Source: Nitrospinota bacterium
GTDB lineage: Bacteria; Nitrospinota; Nitrospinia; Nitrospinales; VA-1
Direction: 5' to 3'
Assembly: GCA_038108555.1 (NCBI GenBank)
Contig: JAYNIA010000036.1
Location: forward strand, 1 to 27,533
Length of the DNA stretch: 27,533 nt
The translations under genes and the position numbers were made by a program. Of the stretch, positions 8,119 through 16,449 are shown piece by piece. Each line of letters begins with the position of its first letter. Within the stretch, counting starts at the first letter, position 1. Below the pieces are notes generated by a model, which was given only the letters and a program-made list of their open reading frames with translations, searched no databases and had not been told where the DNA came from.

Positions 8119-10503
8119 TTAGTGATTGAATTTATAGTTACTTAGGGTTTTATTCATTTTTTTAAAGAAATTTCGAAAATTCAAGGGCTTGGTTAGATAA
8201 TCTTCAAACCCTGAGTCCAAAGCTGCTTTTATATCGTTTTCCATAGCTTTGGAACTAACGGCAATGACAGGAATATCCTGAGTTTCCTGGAACTTTTTAA
8301 GTTCCTTAAACGCCGTGATTCCATCCATATCGGGTAGATTAAGATCCATAAGGATAATATCGGGCCTGTGAGTTTTAGCAATTTCTATTCCTTCTTTTGG
8401 GTGGGAAGCAGGTAAGAAGGTTATGTCCGGCCATTTTAACTTTAAGTTTTCCTCCACTAACTTGAGATTGGGATGGCTGTCTTCAATATAAAGAATTTTA
8501 TATTCACTTGATTCGAAATCTAGAGATGAAACTTCTGGTTTTATATAAGGTTTGCAAAACGTTACGGTTTCACTTGTTCCTCGCGGTAAATAAACTTTAA
8601 AGCTACATCCTTTTCCAAGGGTACTTTCCGCAATAATAGATCCATTCATTTGCTCTGCAAGACTTTTGCAAATGGAAAGGCCAATTCCATTTCCTTCAAT
8701 ATTTTCATACTCTTGTCCCAGACGATTTAGCGGTTCAAAAAGAATATCCATGTTGTCTTCAGATATTCCAGGGCCTGTGTCGGTTACACTGATCCAAGTT
8801 TTGTCATCGTTATACATGCCACCGTCTATTGTAATTGAACCATTTTCCATATTATATTTAACTGCATTACTCAGCAGGTTGAGAATGATTTGGGTAAAAG
8901 CAAGTTGATCGGCTTTTATAAAATGACGGCTATCCCGGTTTAGTTTGTTAAATATCTGGATCCCTTTTTTCCTGGCGGCTGGCTGAATTTGGGAAATTAC
9001 TTCTTCAATTTCCGACCCTGCATTGAGATTTTCAGTTTTTAACGAGACTCTGCCAGATTCAATTTTATTTAAATCCAAAATTCCATCTATCAGGTTTAGT
9101 AAGTGGCTTCCTGCATCAAATACATGTTTAATATTGGTTTTAATTTTTGGTTCAATATTCAGTTTATGATTGGAAATAATTAAATCGCTAAACCCAAGAA
9201 TGGCATTTAAAGGTGTCCGCAACTCGTGACTCAGTCTGGCGAGAAACTCAGATTTTGCATTATTGGCTTTTTCCGCTTCTTCCCGTGCAAAAATCAACTC
9301 TTGCTCTGTCCTTTTTCTTTCTGTAATGTCTCGTAAAGTACCAATAAAGCTTTTGCCTTCATGAGTGTCCAACTGGGTGACACCAAGATCCAGGTCAAAG
9401 GTGGAGCCATCTTTTCTCAGGCCTTTTACTTCTCTCCCTAATCCAATAATCTTTGCATTACCTGTGGTTAAAAAGTTTTTTATATATTGATCATGCTCGC
9501 TGCTGTAGGGCTCCGGCATTATCATTTTGACATTTTTCCCAATGAGCTCGGATGATTGATAACCGAATTGGTGTAGAGCCGCAGGGTTGGCATTTTTTAT
9601 AATACCTTGGGAATCGATTAGAATCAGTCCGTCAATTAAGTTCTCCATTATGGTTGCCAAATGGATTTTCTTTGCTTCGGCTTCTTCTTTTTGACTGATT
9701 ATAGCCTCCTCGTCATCCTTTAAAGTTCCGAGCATTTTTTTAAATGCTTTTCCCAGGTCTGCAATTTCGTCTTTAGTGTTAATAAGAATATTTGTTGGGC
9801 AATTACCATGAATTATTTCCAGTGCAACATTTTTTAATGATGTAATTGGTTTGGAAATATTCCCCGCCAACCAAAAAGACCAAGCGATAGATAAAAGAAT
9901 TATAATAACGCTTCCAAATACGATCACATTTTTTGCTGTTGTTACTGTGAGACGAGATTCATAATCCCGGACGGCCATCAACTCATGCTCGACTTGTTTG
10001 AATTCCACCAGTTGGCGACGGATTTCATCCATAATCCGTTTGCCAGTGCCTTCTTTGATTAGAGAGTTTACGTTTTCTAAAGTGCTTGATTGAATGTTTG
10101 CATTCCGGCGGGCATTGATTTCGGGAATTCCTGCTTTTTTCTTCCATTGCTCGATCAAAGCTTCAATTTCATTTAGCTTTTTTACCTGTGGTGGATTGCC
10201 AGAAACTAAATCCTTTCTAGTGCCTAAAATTTCAATTAGTTTTTTTTCTCCTAGAGCATAAGGTTCCAAAAACTCTTCTTGGCCGGCAATTATAAAACCA
10301 CGTTCTCCCGTTTCCATATCCACAACCAGTTTTTCAATTTGGGTGGCTTTTGAAATAACTTCATGAGTATGTTTGACCCATTCCGCAGTATTGTTCATCG
10401 AATCAATGCTGCGGTAGGAAACAATTCCCAGAATAGCCACCAGTACCAGCGAAGAAATAGTACCGAGGAAAATTTTATTTTTTATGCTGAGGTTTTTTTC
10501 CAT
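8119..10503 (-). CDS. Hybrid sensor histidine kinase (CHASE3-HAMP-PAS-HisKA-HATPase-REC)
   Basis: CHASE3 (WVKHTHEV, DMETGERGF), two TMs, HAMP (DEIADL), PAS, H-box SHELRTPLN, N-box NLLSNAVKY, DTGPG, receiver ILMDLNLP and LTKP. Confidence 0.93.
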   Translation of the reverse strand: MEKNLSIKNKIFLGTISSLVLVAILGIVSYRSIDSMNNTAEWVKHTHEVISKATQIEKLVVDMETGERGFIIAGQEEFLEPYALGEKKLIEILGTRKDLVSGNPPQVKKLNEIEALIEQWKKKAGIPEINARRNANIQSSTLENVNSLIKEGTGKRIMDEIRRQLVEFKQVEHELMAVRDYESRLTVTTAKNVIVFGSVIIILLSIAWSFWLAGNISKPITSLKNVALEIIHGNCPTNILINTKDEIADLGKAFKKMLGTLKDDEEAIISQKEEAEAKKIHLATIMENLIDGLILIDSQGIIKNANPAALHQFGYQSSELIGKNVKMIMPEPYSSEHDQYIKNFLTTGNAKIIGLGREVKGLRKDGSTFDLDLGVTQLDTHEGKSFIGTLRDITERKRTEQELIFAREEAEKANNAKSEFLARLSHELRTPLNAILGFSDLIISNHKLNIEPKIKTNIKHVFDAGSHLLNLIDGILDLNKIESGRVSLKTENLNAGSEIEEVISQIQPAARKKGIQIFNKLNRDSRHFIKADQLAFTQIILNLLSNAVKYNMENGSITIDGGMYNDDKTWISVTDTGPGISEDNMDILFEPLNRLGQEYENIEGNGIGLSICKSLAEQMNGSIIAESTLGKGCSFKVYLPRGTSETVTFCKPYIKPEVSSLDFESSEYKILYIEDSHPNLKLVEENLKLKWPDITFLPASHPKEGIEIAKTHRPDIILMDLNLPDMDGITAFKELKKFQETQDIPVIAVSSKAMENDIKAALDSGFEDYLTKPLNFRNFFKKMNKTLSNYKFNH

Positions 10504-10582
10504 TGCTTCTGGCTTTTAATTCGGAGTGAAGATATTCCCTAAGGGAAAACCTTTTTTTTAATAGCAATTCTATATATTAAAG

Positions 10583-10598
10583 AGCAAGGTATGTGCCA
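10583..10598 (-). promoter_or_regulatory. Sigma54 (-24/-12) promoter for the hybrid kinase
   Basis: Minus strand TGGCAC-ATACC-TTGCT, an exact TGGCAC-N5-TTGCW match, ~80 nt upstream of the start codon. Confidence 0.85.
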
Positions 10599-10675
10599 AA
10601 GAGGGGATAGGAGGGCAAGCCCTTAAAAAAAGCTCAGATTAAGGGGAGTTGAATATCTTTTAATCTGGTTTTTGC

Positions 10676-10718
10676 CGGAATTTCGTTATTTGTTTGAATT
10701 GGAAACGGGAATTCGTTA
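10676..10718. promoter_or_regulatory. Tandem candidate enhancer (bEBP) sites
   Basis: CGGAATTTCGTTA (10676-10688) and CGGGAATTCGTTA (10706-10718), 30 bp apart, ~80-120 bp upstream of the sigma54 -24 box. Confidence 0.5.
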
Positions 10719-10774
10719 AATAAATAAAGATGTTAAATCTAAAGAAAACTGAAGAAATAAAAACTTCAAAAATG

Positions 10775-11221
10775 TTATTTGGTATGGCTGCCCAGGGTAC
10801 GTTGGGCGCTAAGTTCTTCAACGTGTTTTTTGAAGTCCGGGTGATATTTGAGCATATAATGAAATGTGGATTTGAACATCAGAAAACAAACGGTTTCTTT
10901 TGTTGCAGTACAGGTAGCCATTCTGGGGCCGTAGGATAATATGGCCATTTCGCCAAAAATATCTCCCGGTTGAAGTGTTCCGAGTTTTACTGTTTTGAAA
11001 AAAAACTTTTTTTGCGTTACATCTACCTCTCCCTCTTTGATTATAAAAATGAAATCGGGAGGATCGCCTTCCTCTATAATTTTTTCACCAGAATGGTATT
11101 GAGCTTCCCCCATTTCCTCAAAAATCTCATACAGCTCCTGGTCAGAAAGGCAGGAAAATAGTTCCAGTCCGCGGAAAATACCGACTAGAAACTCTTTATC
11201 ATTTTTTTCAAGGTCTTTCAT
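10775..11221 (-). CDS. Stand-alone cyclic nucleotide-binding domain protein
   Basis: IIEEGD...IIKEGEV...GDIFGEMAIL...PRMATC phosphate-binding cassette; no HTH. Confidence 0.9.
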   Translation of the reverse strand: MKDLEKNDKEFLVGIFRGLELFSCLSDQELYEIFEEMGEAQYHSGEKIIEEGDPPDFIFIIKEGEVDVTQKKFFFKTVKLGTLQPGDIFGEMAILSYGPRMATCTATKETVCFLMFKSTFHYMLKYHPDFKKHVEELSAQRTLGSHTK

Positions 11222-11544
11222 TTGAAGTATTTTTAGGGTTTCAAAAGCATAATAAACTCAAATGGATTGATCCGGTTCTAAATAAATATTTTATCTCCAT
11301 TTCATATCTAGCTATTTTAACCATAAAAATGAAAATTGCCAATTAGCAAAAAGAGTTTGCCGAGAGAGGTGCTTTTCCTTGTTAGTCGGGGATTTATAGA
11401 ATTGATTTTATCCAAACCAGAAAATAGTGACGAGATTGTTACACTTCCGAGAATTGGATGTCTTTACTTAGTCTCTCCAATGCCGATGAGTATTCCAGGT
11501 GGCAACCAAAAATTTTATAAGAAATAATAAAGCAAGGAGGCTTA

Positions 11545-11730
11545 ATGTTGATGCAAGAACCCCCATTTTTAAATAAGGAGAACCCAAAGAAATTTCAAAA
11601 AAATTTTGAAAAAGAATTGATGGTGTTTAACCTAAGAACCGCAGTAGAAATTTTTGGGAAGGATTATATGCGAAGACATTTTAAAGGGATTAAGTCAAAA
11701 AGCCAGTATGCCAATGCATATATTATATAA
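11545..11730 (+). CDS. Small hypothetical protein (61 aa)
   Basis: Strong AAGGAGG RBS just upstream of the ATG; sits in otherwise empty intergenic space. Confidence 0.55.
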   Translation: MLMQEPPFLNKENPKKFQKNFEKELMVFNLRTAVEIFGKDYMRRHFKGIKSKSQYANAYII

Positions 11731-11853
11731 GTTCACAGAACCCAAATGGAGTCCAGCGGCATTCTTTTGAATGCGGGTTGTTGTTGCTGAAGTAGTTTGG
11801 TTAAAGCAGGTAAGAAGGCTTCTTGCTAAACCATTGCCCCCCCTGCTAAGGGG

Positions 11854-11930
11854 TGGTCGGGATGAGAGGATTTGAACCTCCGACCCCTTACTCCCGAAGC
11901 AAGTGCGCTACCAGGCTGCGCTACATCCCG
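11854..11930 (-). tRNA. tRNA-Pro (anticodon CGG), CCA encoded
   Basis: CGGGATGTAGCGCAGCCTGGTAGCGCACTTGCTT-CGG-GAGTAAGGGGTCGGAGGTTCAAATCCTCTCATCCCGACCA; 77 nt cloverleaf. Confidence 0.98.
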
Positions 11931-11938
11931 ACGTTAAT

Positions 11939-13069
11939 TTAAGATTGTTTGTAGAAGAAATTCTTGAGGTATTTCCAGATGACGATGGAGCCGACCCGGT
12001 TGAGAACCGATTTGAGCCAGGTGCTTCCTCCCAGACATTTCTGGCAATGCGGATGAACGACTTTCAGGTTTTGGAACCCTTCCACCGCATCGATCACCGG
12101 TTGGGTGTTTAAAATCTCGGTGATGGAGTTTTGAAATACATTTCCTGCGACAGTCTTGCCGTCGTAATCCACACAACAATAAATCAGGTCTCCACTGCAT
12201 AAAATAGCAAAGTGGTCGCTCAAGGCACTACAGTATCCTGTTTTGGAGGGAACCACGTTTCCACCTTCGGCGAAGGCGTTTCCCCAAGTGTTTAGGATAT
12301 AGGTCTCGAAATAAATGTTGGGTGCCACTTCCACTACGTTCCATTTGAAAGCCGATAGCTTGTCGATCTTTTTATCAACTTTGGCTTTTTCTTCGGCGTT
12401 CAGCGGCGGACAGATTTTGTGGACTTGATCTGCCCAATAGCGGAACGTTTTGCGAAGCTCTTTCGTGTTGTTGATGACACTCATCGTTCCCACGTTCCAG
12501 TCTTCACCGGGGACTTCGGTTTTGATGGAAGTGTTCAGGAAATGGACTTTGATCTTCGGCGGTTTTTCCTGCTTGAGGCAGGTGCCTATGAATTCGAGTA
12601 CCCGGTTGTGGTATTCATCGAATTTCATACGCCGCGATTTTCGCGTTTTGAACGATTCCTCATCAGGAGTTTGCAGCGAGATATTGACCTGCGAAGCCGT
12701 GACCTTTTCCAAGCGGATGCCCATCTCCTCATCCAGATAGGTTCCGTTGGTAGTGATGCCGGTTTTGACTCCCCGCATGGCGGCATGCTCGAGGATGTCA
12801 AAGAATCTTGGATGCATGAACGGCTCACCCATCACATGGAAAGTGATCTTTTCCGCCATGTTATATTCGGCAATTTCATCGATAATGCCGCAGACCCTTT
12901 CGAAATCCATATACTCGTAGTTGCGGGTCATCTCCTGTTTGGGACAGAAGGTGCAGTCGAAGTTGCACACGTTGGTTAATTCTATATGGATTCGTTGCAG
13001 GGGAAATTTGACAAGCTCCCCAAAACGGCCTGGAAACTTTTGTGTTGCAGGTTGAACTTCAGTCAGCAT
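11939..13069 (-). CDS. Radical SAM protein with SPASM/Twitch-type C-terminal domain
   Basis: CNFDCTFC (CxxxCxxC), MGEP, ITTNG; C-terminal C...CCVDY...GN...CQKC. Confidence 0.92.
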   Translation of the reverse strand: MLTEVQPATQKFPGRFGELVKFPLQRIHIELTNVCNFDCTFCPKQEMTRNYEYMDFERVCGIIDEIAEYNMAEKITFHVMGEPFMHPRFFDILEHAAMRGVKTGITTNGTYLDEEMGIRLEKVTASQVNISLQTPDEESFKTRKSRRMKFDEYHNRVLEFIGTCLKQEKPPKIKVHFLNTSIKTEVPGEDWNVGTMSVINNTKELRKTFRYWADQVHKICPPLNAEEKAKVDKKIDKLSAFKWNVVEVAPNIYFETYILNTWGNAFAEGGNVVPSKTGYCSALSDHFAILCSGDLIYCCVDYDGKTVAGNVFQNSITEILNTQPVIDAVEGFQNLKVVHPHCQKCLGGSTWLKSVLNRVGSIVIWKYLKNFFYKQS

Positions 13070-13074
13070 AAGTA

Positions 13075-13269
13075 TTAATCGTTATTCGTTTTCGAGTAAT
13101 TGTAGCGGTCGATGCTTTCACTCCAGAACGTGTTGTTAGTCACGTTGCGGGTTACCTTTTTGGAGCCGCATTCGGGGCAGGTGACCTTTTTCTTGTCGAC
13201 TTCGGAAATTTTCATTTCAACCACGAAATCCTTTTTACATTTTTCGCAAGTATGGTCATAATTTGGCAT
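13075..13269 (-). CDS. FmdB-family zinc-ribbon protein
   Basis: MPNYDHTCEKC...CPECGS; GAGGGG RBS. Confidence 0.88.
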   Translation of the reverse strand: MPNYDHTCEKCKKDFVVEMKISEVDKKKVTCPECGSKKVTRNVTNNTFWSESIDRYNYSKTNND

Positions 13270-13333
13270 TTTTTAACCCCTCAAAAACAGTCAAACCTTC
13301 TAATAAAATAGGAGCTTAAGAATACAATAGTTT

Positions 13334-14059
13334 CTATTTTAACGCAATAAACCCTGCGAAGTTGTTCCATTTGAAAAACAGGTCCACTGTGGAAAATCCG
13401 GCAGAAACCAGCAAATTCCGGTTCTCCTCCACCGTCCAGGGGATGAGGACATTTTCCAGGGCCTCCCGTTTTTGTGAGATTTCCAGTTTCGAGTAGCCTT
13501 TTTGCTCCTTGAATTTGTGGTGGAATTCGATGAACGTGTTGTTGAGTTCAGGGATTTCACTTTTTACCTTTTCTATGAGAACCAGAGAGCCTCCTGCAAT
13601 AAGACCATCATAAATATTTTTTAATACGGAAACTCGATTTTCCGTTTGTACGAATTGCAGGGTGTAGTTCATGACGACCACCGAGGCATTGTCAATATCC
13701 AGGCCGTTGTTTAAATTGGCTTCTACCATTTCGCAGGGTAAGGGAGAATTTTTTAAAGTTTCTTCCGCTTTTTTAAGCATGGCCTGTGAATTGTCGATGC
13801 CAATCAGTTTTATATTTTCGGAAGCTTTCAGTTTTCCGGCTAATTTTAAAAGGAGCGTTCCCGTTGAACAGCCAAGATCATAAATGGAAGTGGACGGTTT
13901 GGTATATTTGGCGCACCAGTGGACCGCCAGGTCCTGGCATTCCTGGTACATGGGCACGCTGCGTTGCAGCATGTCATCAAAGACCCGAGCCACCGATTCA
14001 TTGAACTCAAAAGGTTCGGTGATTTTGGGTTTTTGGAATAATGTATCGCGATCAGAAAT
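13334..14059 (-). CDS. cmoA: Carboxy-S-adenosyl-L-methionine synthase; probable start at ATT 14059 (ORF track starts at GTG 13993)
   Basis: FDDMLQRSVPMY, YDLGCSTG, NYTLQF, EISQKREALENVL, FKWNNF. The frame is open upstream through the CmoA-typical N-terminus SDRDTLF...FEFNESVA, with GGAG 9 nt before the ATT. Confidence 0.92.
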   Translation of the reverse strand: MSDRDTLFQKPKITEPFEFNESVARVFDDMLQRSVPMYQECQDLAVHWCAKYTKPSTSIYDLGCSTGTLLLKLAGKLKASENIKLIGIDNSQAMLKKAEETLKNSPLPCEMVEANLNNGLDIDNASVVVMNYTLQFVQTENRVSVLKNIYDGLIAGGSLVLIEKVKSEIPELNNTFIEFHHKFKEQKGYSKLEISQKREALENVLIPWTVEENRNLLVSAGFSTVDLFFKWNNFAGFIALK

Positions 14060-14085
14060 AGGACTTTGCTCCAGAAAGAATCCTG

Positions 14086-14121
14086 AAAGTGAAAACCCCT
14101 CCCGGTTTCCCGGGAGGGGTT
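14086..14121 (-). terminator. Terminator hairpin after leuA
   Basis: Perfect 12-bp stem AACCCCTCCCGG-GAAA-CCGGGAGGGGTT followed by TTCACTTT on the minus strand. Confidence 0.85.
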
Positions 14122-14140
14122 GAGTAACTAATTACTGATT

Positions 14141-15703
14141 TTAAGGTCCGGGAACATCACTGCCTTCAACAGGACCTGATTTGGTTTTTATCATCAGCTT
14201 GTTGATGGCATTGACATAGGCATATCCACTGGCTTCAATGGTATTGACGCCCGCTCCTTTTCCTAAAATTTCACGTCCTTCATTTTTTACACGGACGGTT
14301 ACCTCTCCCTGCGCGTCCTGGCCTTTGGTTTTTGCCATGACCTGATAGTCAAGTAGCTTGCAGGTGAGTCCGGTAATCTTGTCGATCGCATTGTATATCG
14401 CATCGACTGGACCATCGCCCCCAGAGGAAGCTTTATGTTCTTTGCCATCTCTGCTTAAAAGAGTCACCGAGGCCTGAGGTTCCGCGCCACTTTCGAATGC
14501 GCATTTGAGCGAGGCCAGCTTGTAGGTGACCTGTTGTTCCTCCGAGAATTTTTGTTTTTGAATCAGCGTGTGAATATCATCTTCAAAAATTTCCTTTTTC
14601 TCATCCGCCAGTACTTTGAATTCTTCAAAGACCTTATCGAGTTCTTCCTGGCTAAGGCTGTAGCCCAGTTCCTGGACTTTATGGAGTAGGGCGTTGCGTC
14701 CCGAATGTTTGCCCATCACTAGCTCAGACTCCTCGCCGCCCACATCGGCAGGGTCCATGATCTCAAACGTGTCTTTACGTTTTAAAAAACCATGCTGGTG
14801 GATTCCCGACTCATGGGCGAATGCATTTTTGCCGACAATGGCTTTGTTGCGCTGCACGAAGAAACCGGTGAGACTGCTGACCAGTTTGCTGCAGGGTTGG
14901 ATATGGCGTGTTTCTATGCCCGTCTCCACCTTGCTGAAGAAGTCCCTTCTTGTGCGAACGGCCATGACGATTTCTTCCATCGCCGCGTTGCCGGCACGTT
15001 CACCAATACCATTGATGGTGCATTCCACCTGTCGGGCTCCCGCCTGTACTGCAGCGAGAGAGTTTGAGACTGCCAGTCCCAAATCATTGTGGCAATGCAC
15101 ACTGATAATGGCATCGTCAATGTTATCCACGTTTTGTTTTAAATAACCGATCAGTTGGGCAAACTCCTCAGGAATGGTGTAGCCCACCGTATCAGGAATA
15201 TTCACTGTGGTTGCGCCTGCTTTGATCACTTCACGAGTGACTTCTGCGAGAAAATCCTTCTCGGTCCGTGTCGCGTCCATTGGTGAAAACTCGACATCGT
15301 CGCAAAATTTGCGCGCGAAAGAAATCGCCTTCACACCCATCTCAATAATTTCCTCTTTTGCTTTTTCAACCATATGGTCTCGATGAACTTTCGAGGTTGA
15401 AAGGAAAACATGAATGCGTGGTTTTTCAGCTTTCTCCAATGCTTTGGCAGTAGCTTCTATGTCTTTTTCGAGTGCGCGCGAGAGGCCAGCTATGGTAGCT
15501 CCGCGAATTTCTTCAGCGATTTGTTTGACCGATTCGAAATCTCCAGGGGAAGCAACTGGAAAACCCGCTTCGATCACATCAACTTTAAGTAGGGCCAGTT
15601 GCCTTGCGATCTCAAGTTTTTCCTTGATGTTCAGGCTGGCTCCGGGGCATTGTTCCCCGTCCCTTAAAGTAGTGTCGAAAATAATGAGTTTTTCACGTTG
15701 CAT
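14141..15703 (-). CDS. leuA: 2-isopropylmalate synthase
   Basis: DTTLRDGEQ, HCHNDLG, GIGERAGNA, AHESGIHQ, C-terminal regulatory domain GDGPVDA. Confidence 0.96.
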   Translation of the reverse strand: MQREKLIIFDTTLRDGEQCPGASLNIKEKLEIARQLALLKVDVIEAGFPVASPGDFESVKQIAEEIRGATIAGLSRALEKDIEATAKALEKAEKPRIHVFLSTSKVHRDHMVEKAKEEIIEMGVKAISFARKFCDDVEFSPMDATRTEKDFLAEVTREVIKAGATTVNIPDTVGYTIPEEFAQLIGYLKQNVDNIDDAIISVHCHNDLGLAVSNSLAAVQAGARQVECTINGIGERAGNAAMEEIVMAVRTRRDFFSKVETGIETRHIQPCSKLVSSLTGFFVQRNKAIVGKNAFAHESGIHQHGFLKRKDTFEIMDPADVGGEESELVMGKHSGRNALLHKVQELGYSLSQEELDKVFEEFKVLADEKKEIFEDDIHTLIQKQKFSEEQQVTYKLASLKCAFESGAEPQASVTLLSRDGKEHKASSGGDGPVDAIYNAIDKITGLTCKLLDYQVMAKTKGQDAQGEVTVRVKNEGREILGKGAGVNTIEASGYAYVNAINKLMIKTKSGPVEGSDVPGP

Positions 15704-16346
15704 GACTGAAAATTCCTTTCAAAGCTAAATGACCCTTCCATTATAAGGTTTATCAAATTGAATTCCAGAGGATTGGAAGGTTTTCCCAGGAAGTCAAAAA
15801 TATCAGAAATTAGTGGTTTTGTTTGGGGTTACCCAAAAGCCGGAAATTATCTGATGTTTAAAGGTACGGCTTATTGAGTAGAGCCTTGGGTAGTTGTAGG
15901 CGTAGATTCAGGCGCAAATGCAAACCGGGCTGCATTTTGGAATGGGCTAACTGTAAATTTTTTGTTTGCACTGTGTTTCGAGCCTGTATAAGAAATTTTT
16001 TACTTTATAAGTACTTTAAATAAATAAGATAAAAAATACAAGTATTTAAGGAGGGGCTTGTTCAATTAATTTTGTTCTTTGAACTTATTTTTAGGCGAAA
16101 GCCATCCCGGAAAAAACGTTTTTGGGTGCAAATGGTTTGAATCGGAGTTAAAATCCTCTTTCACCCCAAACTCAACCCTTATCGGTAATCCCCGGAGTTC
16201 TTGGTGTGAACTATGGAGATGCAATTTTTCCTGCAAAAATCTAAAATTCGGATAACATTGTAGATTAATTATATTCTTTAGTGTATTAAAATTACACTTT
16301 TTATGTCAATCTGGTGAAAAGTGTTGATTTGGTGCTTGAAATCCAA

Positions 16347-16362
16347 AGGCATGGCAATTGCT
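16347..16362 (+). promoter_or_regulatory. Sigma54-type promoter for gltBD
   Basis: AGGCAT-GGCAA-TTGCT: GG-N10-GC spacing with TTGCT, ~90 nt before the gltB ATG. Confidence 0.7.
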
Positions 16363-16449
16363 ATATATAGTCTTCCTGCCCGGAAAACGGTTGTTTTTTC
16401 GCGGTTTGGAACGGCTTGTTAATCTTTTTAAATCAATAAGTTACTTATT

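Noticed and set aside
8119..11853. Integrative element at tRNA-Pro
   Set aside because: No integrase and no duplicate of the tRNA 3' end found by eye; only a compositional shift.
15704..15800. Leucine attenuator upstream of leuA
   Set aside because: No Leu-rich leader peptide or terminator; only a TATAAT at 15740-15745 and an RBS.
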